From Lentisphaeria bacterium (GTDB lineage: Bacteria > Verrucomicrobiota > Lentisphaeria > JABSQK01 > JAWLHB01): DNA of 64,000 bases. The notes below the pieces were generated by a model. The model did no database searches, was not told the origin of the DNA, and saw only the letters and a list, made by a program, of their open reading frames with translations. Below are positions 10,342 through 18,319 of the stretch, one piece after another. The DNA is taken from positions 1 to 64,000 of the forward strand of contig JAWLHB010000014.1 of the NCBI GenBank assembly GCA_041690595.1. Direction: 5' to 3'. The translations under genes were made by a program, and so were the position numbers. Position 1 is the first letter of the stretch. Every line of letters starts with the position of its first letter.

Positions 10342-11877
10342 TCACTCTTGAGAGGGGCTGGTTTGGCTAACTGCTTGCCGGAGTTCCCTCACCACGAAAA
10401 ACACGAAGAGCGCGAAGGATCGCCGCTCTGAGAACCCCTCCCACGGAGACTCCAGCAGGGGTCTGGGGAGATGCGATCTCCCCAGCCCCCGGAGGCAGGT
10501 GCTTGGCAAGCTGAGGGCAATCGCCGTCCGGAGGCCGCCTCCCACATTGATTTTCCAGCAGGGGTCTGGGGAGATGCGATCTCCCCAGCCGCCGGAGGCA
10601 GCTGCTTGGCAAGCACGTTGATTTTCCAGCAGGGGTCTGGGGAGATGCGATCTCCCCAGCGGGGTCCGGGGCAGCGCCCCCCCGCCTCCGCGTCCCGCCG
10701 CACCCGCGCTCCCCCTCCCCCGCTCGATCTTTGTGATCTTTGCGTTCTTTGTGGTTAATTCCTGCCGCGTCCAACGCCGGTGCCACTCAGGCGAGTGGCG
10801 TGCCCAGGAGATCGCCGTCCGGAGGCCGCCTCCCACGTTGAGAGTCCAGCAGGGGTCTGGGGAGATGCGATCTCCCCAGCCGCCGGAGGCAGTTTTTGGC
10901 AGCCGCCGGAGGCAGGGGCTGACGCGGTGGTTATGTCCGGCGCGGGTGGAGCGGGGGGGGGTGGTGACGGAGGACCGGGTGCCGGGGGTCAGCTCGGGGG
11001 GGGAGCCGCCGGCGGCTTCGATCTCCATGAAGCAGGTGGGGTCGCTGTAGACGCTGAAGCGAACGCCGGTGTCGGCGGGATAGGCGGTCGGGGGGGAGTC
11101 GGCGATGTCGATGTAGTCGAAACCTTCGAGCAGGGGCGCGGCGGTGCGATGCACCGTGAGGCGACGGCGGGGATCGCGGTACTCGATCCAGTCGACCCGC
11201 TTGTCGAGGCCGATCTGGTAGCGCATCGCGCCGTCGGTGCGGGTGGCGCGGAGCAGGTCGAACCGTTCGCGCTGACTGTCGCTGGGCTCGTAGAGGTCGC
11301 GGATGGCATCGTCGGGCACGGCGGGGAAAACGACGCGGCAGTCGGGGCCGGAGTCGAACTGGCAGAGGCTCCAGGGGGCGAGCATGCATTCGTCGCGCGT
11401 GAGGCTTCGCTGGCCGAGATAGGCGATGCTTTCGGTGATGATGGCGGTGAGCACACCCGCCTCGCCGATGGTCTGGATGTCCCGCTCGAAGAGGGCGGGG
11501 ATGCCCAGGCCGCGGCTGTTGATCAGGTCGATCTCGGCGCGAATCAGGGCGTGGTTCGCGGCGGATTCCACGACGCTATAGCGGGCGCCGGTGATCCCGG
11601 GCGGCACGCGCCAGGCGCCGGTGGCATACTCGTAGCCGAAGATCGTCCCTTCCGGGGCGGGCCAGAGGCCATCCCCCCCGGGATTGACAAAGCCGTCGCG
11701 GGTCGACTGGCTGGTGAAGGCCGCCGGGTTCACCCGATTGAGGACCTTGCCGTCGACGACCGCAAAGAGGCGCCCCTCCAGGTCCAGCCCCGCCACAATA
11801 CCCGCGCTCTCGCTGCCGATCAGGTGGCAGCGGCGCCGGCCGCGCTCGAAAAGCGCGAGCAGTTCATTCAGATGCAT
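10342..11877 (-). CDS. Hypothetical protein (DUF6786/aldose-epimerase-like). The real domain is about 305 aa; the ORF then reads through the repeat mosaic
   Basis: NPGGDGLWPAPEG and FMEIEAAG motifs. Protein-like sequence ends near 10950; the remaining ~200 aa are translated repeats (WGDRISPDPCW x2, LGRSHLPRPLLE x2). Confidence 0.65.
   Translation of the reverse strand: MHLNELLALFERGRRRCHLIGSESAGIVAGLDLEGRLFAVVDGKVLNRVNPAAFTSQSTRDGFVNPGGDGLWPAPEGTIFGYEYATGAWRVPPGITGARYSVVESAANHALIRAEIDLINSRGLGIPALFERDIQTIGEAGVLTAIITESIAYLGQRSLTRDECMLAPWSLCQFDSGPDCRVVFPAVPDDAIRDLYEPSDSQRERFDLLRATRTDGAMRYQIGLDKRVDWIEYRDPRRRLTVHRTAAPLLEGFDYIDIADSPPTAYPADTGVRFSVYSDPTCFMEIEAAGGSPPELTPGTRSSVTTPPRSTRAGHNHRVSPCLRRLPKTASGGWGDRISPDPCWTLNVGGGLRTAISWARHSPEWHRRWTRQELTTKNAKITKIERGRGSAGAAGRGGGGALPRTPLGRSHLPRPLLENQRACQAAASGGWGDRISPDPCWKINVGGGLRTAIALSLPSTCLRGLGRSHLPRPLLESPWEGFSERRSFALFVFFVVRELRQAVSQTSPSQE
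10366..10920. repeat. Nested REP mosaic (BIME/REPIN-like)
   Basis: Perfect hairpin CTGGGGAGAT-GCG-ATCTCCCCAG at 10463, 10566, 10637 and 10857; CCGTCCGGAGGCCGCCTCCCAC x2; GCCACTC-AGGC-GAGTGGC at 10782; inverted ACCAC(G/A)AA..AAG..GATCG arms at about 10371 and 10725-10756. Confidence 0.9.
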
Positions 11878-11889
11878 GATGCGTACTCC

Positions 11890-14019
11890 TTATTCTGTCG
11901 ACGCCAGCAGATGCGTGCAGTTCAGCACCTTCTCCGCCAGGTCGTTGAGGGTATAGACGTAGTGGTTGCTCGCCTCGAAACCAAGGCGCGAGTCGGCCGC
12001 GGCAAGGGTGAACAGCTCTTGGGCCGCCTCCAGCTCCGCCCGGATGAGGTCGCCCGACATGCCGTCCCCCCGATCCCGTTGCGCGACAAAGGCCGCCTGA
12101 TGGTACATGCTGCTGAAGTGGCAGCCGGCGGCGGTGACCAGGCGCAGGTGCTCCGACCAGGCCGCACCCTCGATCGGCAGCGCCCGCAGCATCTCGACTC
12201 CTTCCCGCCAGCCCTCGGCCAGCTTGCGGCATTGATCCACGAAGATCTCCCGCGGATAGTGGCGCGCGCGCCAGCTGTCCAGATCGTCATAGGGGATGCC
12301 GACCATCGTCGCGGCATACCCGGTCGGCTTCGCATGGAGGAGGTTTCGCGGCCCGGCGTTCTGGGGTGCGCAGTAGAGCACGCCGACATGAAAGGGGAAC
12401 TCGCGGAAGGCATCGGCAAGGCGCAGCCAGGCGCTCTCGACCCGCTCCGCCTCGCTGGCCGAGAAGCGCGCCGCCAGATCGGCGGGTGTGGCGAAGAGGA
12501 GGGGCAGGTTGCCGCCGGGATAGCCGCCAAGGGTCCAACTGAGCATGAGGCCATCGACCTCGGCACGGGCCAGATTCCCCAGATGCTCATCCACCAGATG
12601 CGGCACGGCCAGCCATGGCACCGCGCTGCACTCCCACGAGTTGTTGACCTGCACCTTGGCGATGGTCTTCAGGCCGCGGGCGCGCGCCCGGCGCCAGTTC
12701 CTCAGCGCTTCCTCGCTCGGCCCCGGCTGCGAGATCGAGTAGTCGACAATGCTCGCTTCGACACCGCCAACGTGGATCACCTTGCCCCACTCGCTGACGC
12801 ACATCAGCTCGACATCCGCCGGCAGCAGATCGATGGCGTCGCCCGACCATTCCGGGAACCATGCCCACGTCCAGACAATCACCCTCGCCCGCGGCGCCCC
12901 GGCATGGATCCCCGACGCGATGATGCTGCTGACCTGCGCCACCGCCTCCGCCGTCTGCCGGGAGGCGCAGCGCGGGCAGGTCTTCTCGCGACACTTCGAA
13001 AAGCAGCTGGTGAGATTCTCCGACATGGTGATGGTGAAGACGCCCCCCAGCTCGGGAACCTGGGTGGCAAGGTACTCCGTGGCCTCACGCAGATAGGCCC
13101 GGACTCCGGGGGCCGACGTGCACATGGCGTAGGTGGTGCCGTCATGCGACTCCGCGCCCTTCCACTCCGGATGCGCGTCGAAGAACGAGAGCGGCATGCC
13201 GCGCGGCTCGTTCAGATAGAGGAAGACCTTGATGCCGACGCGGCCGGCCCGCTCCACCAGTTGACGCAACGCCTGCAGCCGCTCCGCGTAACCGTCGCAG
13301 ACTTCCGGCAGCAGCGGCGTCAGGTTGTAGAGGAGGGCATGCAGCCAGACGGCGTTGACCCCGCTCGCGGCATAGGCGGCGAGCACGCTGTCCGGGTAGG
13401 GATCGAGGGCCGGATCCAGCAGCGGATCGCCACAGACTGCCGCATAGGAATAGGCGAGCCGCAGATCGAACGGGTAGCGCAGCTGGCCATCCTCGGCCTT
13501 CACCGCGGCGCCGAAGCCCGCCTTGTCGAGGAAGGCAAAGGGCTCTTCCGTCCGCGCCAGTCCCCGCGGGAAGTGCGCGCGGAAGGTGGCTCGCAGCGTC
13601 GCCGTGGCGGCCTGCTCGGCGCTCGTCAGCGGCCGCAGCCTGACCGGCTCCACCCGCGGCTTGAGATGGCCCAGCTTATGCCACAGAAAGTCCTCCTCGC
13701 GCAAGGAGAAGTCCAGCTGTTCGGCGCTCCAGTCGAGCAACTCCAGGAGCTGCTCGTAGGGCAGCAGGTGCCAGTTGTTGCGGACCAGCGTCACATAGCC
13801 GCGCTCACGCCAGCGCGGGTCGACGGGCGGGGATGGGTCGAGCCCCATCTCCACCGCCGCGCGGCGCAGCTCCTCCTGGCTGGTGCCCAGCACCGTCGCC
13901 AGTCGCTCCACCGCAATCATTCCCCAGTTGCGCCAGATGACCGCCTGGTGCCGCGTGGGAAAATGCTCGAACGACAGCGCTTCCGGCGCCGCGCCAACAG
14001 GTAGTTCAGCCAGACTCAT
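11890..14019 (-). CDS. Uncharacterised glycoside-hydrolase-like (TIM-barrel) protein
   Basis: 709 aa with GVNAVWLH, GIKVFLYLNEPR, HPEW, ITMSENLTSC and VIVWTWAW motifs; RBS-like GAGGTG upstream; lies in an operon with the M24 gene. Confidence 0.6.
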   Translation of the reverse strand: MSLAELPVGAAPEALSFEHFPTRHQAVIWRNWGMIAVERLATVLGTSQEELRRAAVEMGLDPSPPVDPRWRERGYVTLVRNNWHLLPYEQLLELLDWSAEQLDFSLREEDFLWHKLGHLKPRVEPVRLRPLTSAEQAATATLRATFRAHFPRGLARTEEPFAFLDKAGFGAAVKAEDGQLRYPFDLRLAYSYAAVCGDPLLDPALDPYPDSVLAAYAASGVNAVWLHALLYNLTPLLPEVCDGYAERLQALRQLVERAGRVGIKVFLYLNEPRGMPLSFFDAHPEWKGAESHDGTTYAMCTSAPGVRAYLREATEYLATQVPELGGVFTITMSENLTSCFSKCREKTCPRCASRQTAEAVAQVSSIIASGIHAGAPRARVIVWTWAWFPEWSGDAIDLLPADVELMCVSEWGKVIHVGGVEASIVDYSISQPGPSEEALRNWRRARARGLKTIAKVQVNNSWECSAVPWLAVPHLVDEHLGNLARAEVDGLMLSWTLGGYPGGNLPLLFATPADLAARFSASEAERVESAWLRLADAFREFPFHVGVLYCAPQNAGPRNLLHAKPTGYAATMVGIPYDDLDSWRARHYPREIFVDQCRKLAEGWREGVEMLRALPIEGAAWSEHLRLVTAAGCHFSSMYHQAAFVAQRDRGDGMSGDLIRAELEAAQELFTLAAADSRLGFEASNHYVYTLNDLAEKVLNCTHLLASTE

Positions 14020-14038
14020 GCCATCACCTCGTTATAAT

Positions 14039-15214
14039 TCAACCGATTTCCTGCGTATGCAGCGCGTCGAGCTTCGGACTGAAGGGCTTGCAGCCCTCCG
14101 CCGTGATTTCGTAGCCGCTCTCGATGCGAACACCGTGCCACTCCGGATGCCCGAAGAAGCTGACGTCGATACAGACCGCCATCCCGGGCTCGAGCTTGTC
14201 GGTGCTGCCGGGGCCAAAGAAGGGAGACTCCGCCTCGTGCAGGCCGATCGTGTGGGCGAAGGGGCAGACCAGATACTTCGACAGGCCGTTGGCCGCGAAG
14301 TAGGCACGCGCGGGCGCGTCGATCTCCCGGCCGAGCTTGCCCGGCCGAAGTTGCGCGCGGGTCAGGCGGAAGGCTTCGCGCAGGTGGCCCAGGCAGCTCC
14401 GCTGGCTTGGCGTATAGGTGCCATTCACCGGCAGGACGTCGCCGATCACCCCCGCGTAGCCGTTGATCTTCGGCGCCAGCCCGATCATCACCAGCTCTCC
14501 GTCCTGGAGCTGCTTCGAGCTGGCCGTCGGCACCACCGCGTTGGCTCGTGGCCCACTGCCGACGATGGCGCTGAAACCGAAGCCGCTGGCGCCCCGACTG
14601 CGGGCCGCATGTTCACCGGCGGCGGCCACCTGGATCTCGCTCGCGCCCTGGGCAATCGCTGCCTTCATCGCATCGTAGCAGGTATTCCCGAGCGCGAAGG
14701 CGGCGCGAATCTGCCGCAGCTCCCACTCGGACTTCACGAAGCGGAAGGCGACGAACTCGGCGGTGATATCCGTCAGCTCGACCCCAGTGAAGCCTTCCGC
14801 CAGTTGCCGGTAGCAATCCGCCGGCATGCGTCCGCCACCGACCAGGCCAATGCGCCGGAGGGAGCCAAGGCGCCCCTGCATCTCGGCAAAGAGCTGCGGG
14901 AAATCGCTGATCGTCGCATTCGGGTACTCTTCGTCGGGGACCATGAAGACGGGGAAGTTGCGCGTCTCGGTGATGGCGCTGTCCAGCTTGGCAAAGGGCT
15001 CGCTCTCCGGCCCGCCGAGGATGAGCGGCTCCCCCTCGCGCGGCACCAGCACCGCCCCGCTCTCGAACTGCGGACACCACCCCGTCAGGTACCAGCCATT
15101 GCCGATGTTGAACTCGTCGTAGTAAACCAGAGCAGCGTCCAGACCCCGTCGCGCCAGCAGCTCGCGCACTCGTGTCAGCCGTTGCTCGCTCTCGCTCTTT
15201 GGCAGGTAACCCAT
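14039..15214 (-). CDS. M24 (Xaa-Pro peptidase/creatinase fold) protein with non-canonical active site
   Basis: Creatinase_N-like start (RLTRVRELLARRGLDAALV); KSEWELRQIR, HTIGL and GVRIE motifs; AAGGAG RBS. Confidence 0.85.
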   Translation of the reverse strand: MGYLPKSESEQRLTRVRELLARRGLDAALVYYDEFNIGNGWYLTGWCPQFESGAVLVPREGEPLILGGPESEPFAKLDSAITETRNFPVFMVPDEEYPNATISDFPQLFAEMQGRLGSLRRIGLVGGGRMPADCYRQLAEGFTGVELTDITAEFVAFRFVKSEWELRQIRAAFALGNTCYDAMKAAIAQGASEIQVAAAGEHAARSRGASGFGFSAIVGSGPRANAVVPTASSKQLQDGELVMIGLAPKINGYAGVIGDVLPVNGTYTPSQRSCLGHLREAFRLTRAQLRPGKLGREIDAPARAYFAANGLSKYLVCPFAHTIGLHEAESPFFGPGSTDKLEPGMAVCIDVSFFGHPEWHGVRIESGYEITAEGCKPFSPKLDALHTQEIG

Positions 15215-15275
15215 GATCGTCTCCTTTCAGGTTGTTGGAATAGAACTCCTGCTCCTCATTCTTCATGATGATATA

Positions 15276-15296
15276 TTTAACGTGACCAATGTTAAA
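15276..15296. promoter_or_regulatory. Candidate operator TTTAAC-N9-GTTAAA
   Basis: Inverted repeat in AT-rich DNA about 60 bp upstream of the M24 gene; same architecture as 29884-29904. Confidence 0.55.
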
Positions 15297-15335
15297 ATTC
15301 AAGCGCAAGTATCTTTGGTGGAGCAGGTTGGGTGC

Positions 15336-15770
15336 GAGTCCACGCTCGTTCCGCCCTTTCACTAACCTCAAAGTGGGGGCGTTCTCCGAACGGCGATTGG
15401 GCCGTTTCCAACGGCCCTGCCCCTGCCGCTAATCTCAAAGTGGGAGCCGTTCTCCGAACGGCGACTAGGGCCGTTTCCAACGGCCCTGCCAATGCCGATA
15501 ACCTCAAAGTGGGAGGCGTTCTCCGAACGGCGACTAGCGCCGTTTCCAACGGCCCTGCCAATGCCGCTAACCTTAAAGTGGGAGGCGTTCTCCGAACGGC
15601 GACCAGGGCCGTTTCCAACGGCCCTGCCATTGCCCTCCCTGGGCACGCCACTCGCCTGAAGGGCGGCTACGTCCGTCCACCGACGGGCTCCGGCGTTGGA
15701 CGTTGCCGCTCCCCAGCCTCCCATCTCCCCTCATATCCGCTCGCCACCCCATCGGTCCCGTCGCCGTTGG
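15336..15770 (+). repeat. Composite repeat element with four tandem 67-69-bp units
   Basis: Units start at 15364, 15431, 15500 and 15569 (AACCTCAAAGTGGGAGGCGTTCTCCGAACGGCGA + GGGCCGTTTCCAACGGCCC hairpin). An inverted homologue lies at about 57400-57892. Confidence 0.9.
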
Positions 15771-15801
15771 GTGATGCATTCACCAATAATGCGGGAATCC
15801 A

Positions 15802-15817
15802 TGGCATGGATTCTGCG
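15802..15817 (+). promoter_or_regulatory. Sigma-54 (-24/-12) promoter candidate for the flagellar export operon
   Basis: TGGCAT-GGATT-CTGCG with exact GG-N10-GC spacing, just upstream of the fliO ATG. Confidence 0.55.
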
Positions 15818-15830
15818 CGCGTGCCTTACC

Positions 15831-16397
15831 ATGAAGCCTTACCAGAGATTCACCCTGATCCTCATGGCGATCGCCGCGATCGGCCTGGCGGAGGAGCCTT
15901 CCGACTCCATGCCCCTGCGGATGATACCCGTGACCATAGCCGAGTCGGACCATGCACCGACCACCGATTCGGCCCTCTTCGGCCCGGGCGTCACGCCGCG
16001 TCCCGAAGCGCCGAAAACGGTCGGCTATGGTCGCTCGCTCTGGCGCTACCTGGGCTCCATGGGGCTCATGGTGATCCTGCTGGGCGGGGCGGCTTATGGG
16101 CTCAACCGCTGGCGGCGCAACCATTTCGGGGCGAATCACGGGCAGTCGCTGACGGTCACGTCCCGGCTGACCATCGATGCCAGGCATGGCGCCGTTCTGC
16201 TTCGGGTCCACGGCGAAGAGGTGCTCGTCGGCCTCACTGCCGACCGCATGGAGGTTCTCGGCCGCTACGCCCTGCTCGATGAAGCGATGGATGACGATGT
16301 CGGCGGGGAGCATGCTCACCACCTCGAGCCGGATGACGCTGCCGTGGCCAAGGCGCTGCCGCAGCACTCCCTCCGCAAGGTGCGGGACTGGCCATGA
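15831..16397 (+). CDS. fliO: Flagellar biosynthesis protein FliO
   Basis: Signal-like N-terminus, one TM, then LTVTSRLTIDARHGAVLLRVHGEEVLVGLT; directly precedes fliP. Confidence 0.75.
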   Translation: MKPYQRFTLILMAIAAIGLAEEPSDSMPLRMIPVTIAESDHAPTTDSALFGPGVTPRPEAPKTVGYGRSLWRYLGSMGLMVILLGGAAYGLNRWRRNHFGANHGQSLTVTSRLTIDARHGAVLLRVHGEEVLVGLTADRMEVLGRYALLDEAMDDDVGGEHAHHLEPDDAAVAKALPQHSLRKVRDWP

Positions 16398-17143
16398 AGA
16401 GCTTTCTCGGCATCCTCCTCTTCTGCGGAGCCATTGCCGTTGCCACTGGCCAGGATCCAGCCGCGGCCGCACCGGCAGCCGGCAGCCTCACCCTGAATAT
16501 CGGGGTGGAGGGTCAGGAGCTGAACAAGTCGATCACCATCCTCCTGATGCTCACCGTCCTGAGCCTGGTCCCCTCGATCATCATGATGATGACCTCCTTC
16601 ACCCGGATCATCGTCGTCCTCTCCTTCTTCCGTCAGGCTCTCGGCGTTCAGCAGTCCCTCTCGCCCCGCATCATGGCCAGCCTCGCGCTCTTTCTCACCT
16701 TCTTCATCATGCAGCCGACCTGGACGCGGATCTACGAACAGGCGCTCCTTCCCTATCAGAATCAGGAGATCGAGCAGAAGGTCGCCTTCGAGCGGGGCAC
16801 CCTCGAGCTGAAAGGCTTCATGCTCAACAACACGCGCGAATCCAGCCTCCTCCTCTTCATGGAGCTGGGCAATCTCGAGCCGGTCGCGGACATCGCCGAG
16901 TTGCCCATGCGCGTCGTCGTCCCCGCCTTTATGCTCAGCGAGCTCAAAGTGGCCTTCCAGATGGCCTTCCTTCTCTTCCTCCCCTTTCTCGCCATCGACA
17001 TGCTCATCGCCACCCTGCTCATGGCCATGGGCATGATGATGGTACCGCCCGTCATGATCGCACTTCCCTTCAAGCTCCTCCTCTTCATCATGGTCGGTGG
17101 ATGGGAACTGCTGGTTCGCGTCCTCGTATCGAGCTTCACCTAG
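16394..17143 (+). CDS. fliP: Flagellar export gate protein FliP
   Basis: MMTSFTRIIVVLSFFRQALG, PAFMLSELKVAFQ and MGMMMVPP..LPFKLLLF motifs. Confidence 0.97.
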   Translation: MKSFLGILLFCGAIAVATGQDPAAAAPAAGSLTLNIGVEGQELNKSITILLMLTVLSLVPSIIMMMTSFTRIIVVLSFFRQALGVQQSLSPRIMASLALFLTFFIMQPTWTRIYEQALLPYQNQEIEQKVAFERGTLELKGFMLNNTRESSLLLFMELGNLEPVADIAELPMRVVVPAFMLSELKVAFQMAFLLFLPFLAIDMLIATLLMAMGMMMVPPVMIALPFKLLLFIMVGGWELLVRVLVSSFT

Positions 17144-17154
17144 AGGTTGAGAAA

Positions 17155-17424
17155 ATGACTGAAGAAATGATCATGGAACTCGCGCATGCCACGGCCATGA
17201 CCGTCGCCCTGCTCTCCGCCCCCCCGCTCATCGCCGTTGTCGTTGTCGGCATTCTGGTGAATGTGTTGCAGACGGTGACGCAGATCCGCGATCCCGCGCT
17301 CGCCTTCGTGCCCAAGGTGATCGCCGTCGCCATCGTCCTGGTTCTCTCGGCGCCGTGGCAATTGCAGATTGCGCGCCAGTTCACCGAGCTCTGCTTCGCA
17401 CTGATGGGCGGAGGGCTGCTGTGA
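17155..17424 (+). CDS. fliQ: Flagellar export gate protein FliQ
   Basis: 89 aa; VGILVNVLQTVTQIRDPALAFVPK motif. Confidence 0.95.
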   Translation: MTEEMIMELAHATAMTVALLSAPPLIAVVVVGILVNVLQTVTQIRDPALAFVPKVIAVAIVLVLSAPWQLQIARQFTELCFALMGGGLL

Positions 17425-18200
17425 CTGTCGAGGTTCCAATCGCGGCGCATGTCGTCGTCCTGCTCGCCGCTCTTGCCCGTATCGGAGGCTTTGTATCGGC
17501 CATTCCCGGGCTGACCACCAGCGCGGTGCCCATGCGCATACGCGCCTCGCTCATCCTTGCCGTCACCATAGCGATGGTGCCCATGCTGCCTCAATCCTAT
17601 ACCCAGGCCGCCATGCAGGCGACCACGCCTGGCGCGCAAGTCCTGCTGGTCGCCAGTGAGCTGCTCCTCGGCCTGTGCGCCGGCTTCGGTGCCAAGCTCC
17701 TCCTCGAGATCACCGTCTTTGCCGGTGAACTCATCGACCGCGACGTCGGCTACGCCATGACCGCCGCTTTCGATCCTTCCATCGATGCCTCCGCCTCCGT
17801 CATCTCCTCCTTCTTCCTGCGCATCTTTCTCGTTCTCTTCGTCACCCTCGATGGTCATCTGGCGCTCCTGCGCTCCGCCGGCGCCTCCTTTGCCACCATC
17901 GTTCCCGGCACCTTTTACGTTACCGACGACGTGACGGAGGCGCTGATCGCCCTCTTCGGGCGCATCCTGCGCGACGGCTTCTGCCTCTCGCTGCCGGTTT
18001 TCGCCATCATCCTGCTCTCCAACCTGGTCCTGGCGCTCATGGCCCGCTTCGGCCAGGAGTTCGAGATCATGATGATCTCCTTCCCGATCCGCCTTGGCCT
18101 CGGCCTCTTCATGATTGTCGCCATGATGCCCGTCATGGTCATCATCTTCACGGGTCTCGGCAGCGACATCATCTCCTGGACCGACCTCCTCGTGCGCTGA
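17421..18200 (+). CDS. fliR: Flagellar export gate protein FliR
   Basis: Polytopic membrane protein with ELLLGL..G, AGELID..G, DGHL and FPIRLGLG motifs; GTG start overlaps the fliQ stop. Confidence 0.93.
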   Translation: MTVEVPIAAHVVVLLAALARIGGFVSAIPGLTTSAVPMRIRASLILAVTIAMVPMLPQSYTQAAMQATTPGAQVLLVASELLLGLCAGFGAKLLLEITVFAGELIDRDVGYAMTAAFDPSIDASASVISSFFLRIFLVLFVTLDGHLALLRSAGASFATIVPGTFYVTDDVTEALIALFGRILRDGFCLSLPVFAIILLSNLVLALMARFGQEFEIMMISFPIRLGLGLFMIVAMMPVMVIIFTGLGSDIISWTDLLVR

Positions 18201-18319
18201 GAAGTACTGCCGCCATCTGACCTTTTATCACAAAGAGCCTCATCTTTGGCGGCCGCGGGTACGATACCTGCGTAAGCACTCGCATAGACTTTCGCCAACC
18301 TCTCAGCGCGCAGGCAATC

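Noticed and set aside
10780..15268. Long plus-strand ORFs (1074 and 461 aa)
   Set aside because: Antisense to motif-bearing genes; no recognisable domains.
15364..15630. CRISPR array (67-69-bp period)
   Set aside because: The whole unit repeats, so there are no unique spacers.
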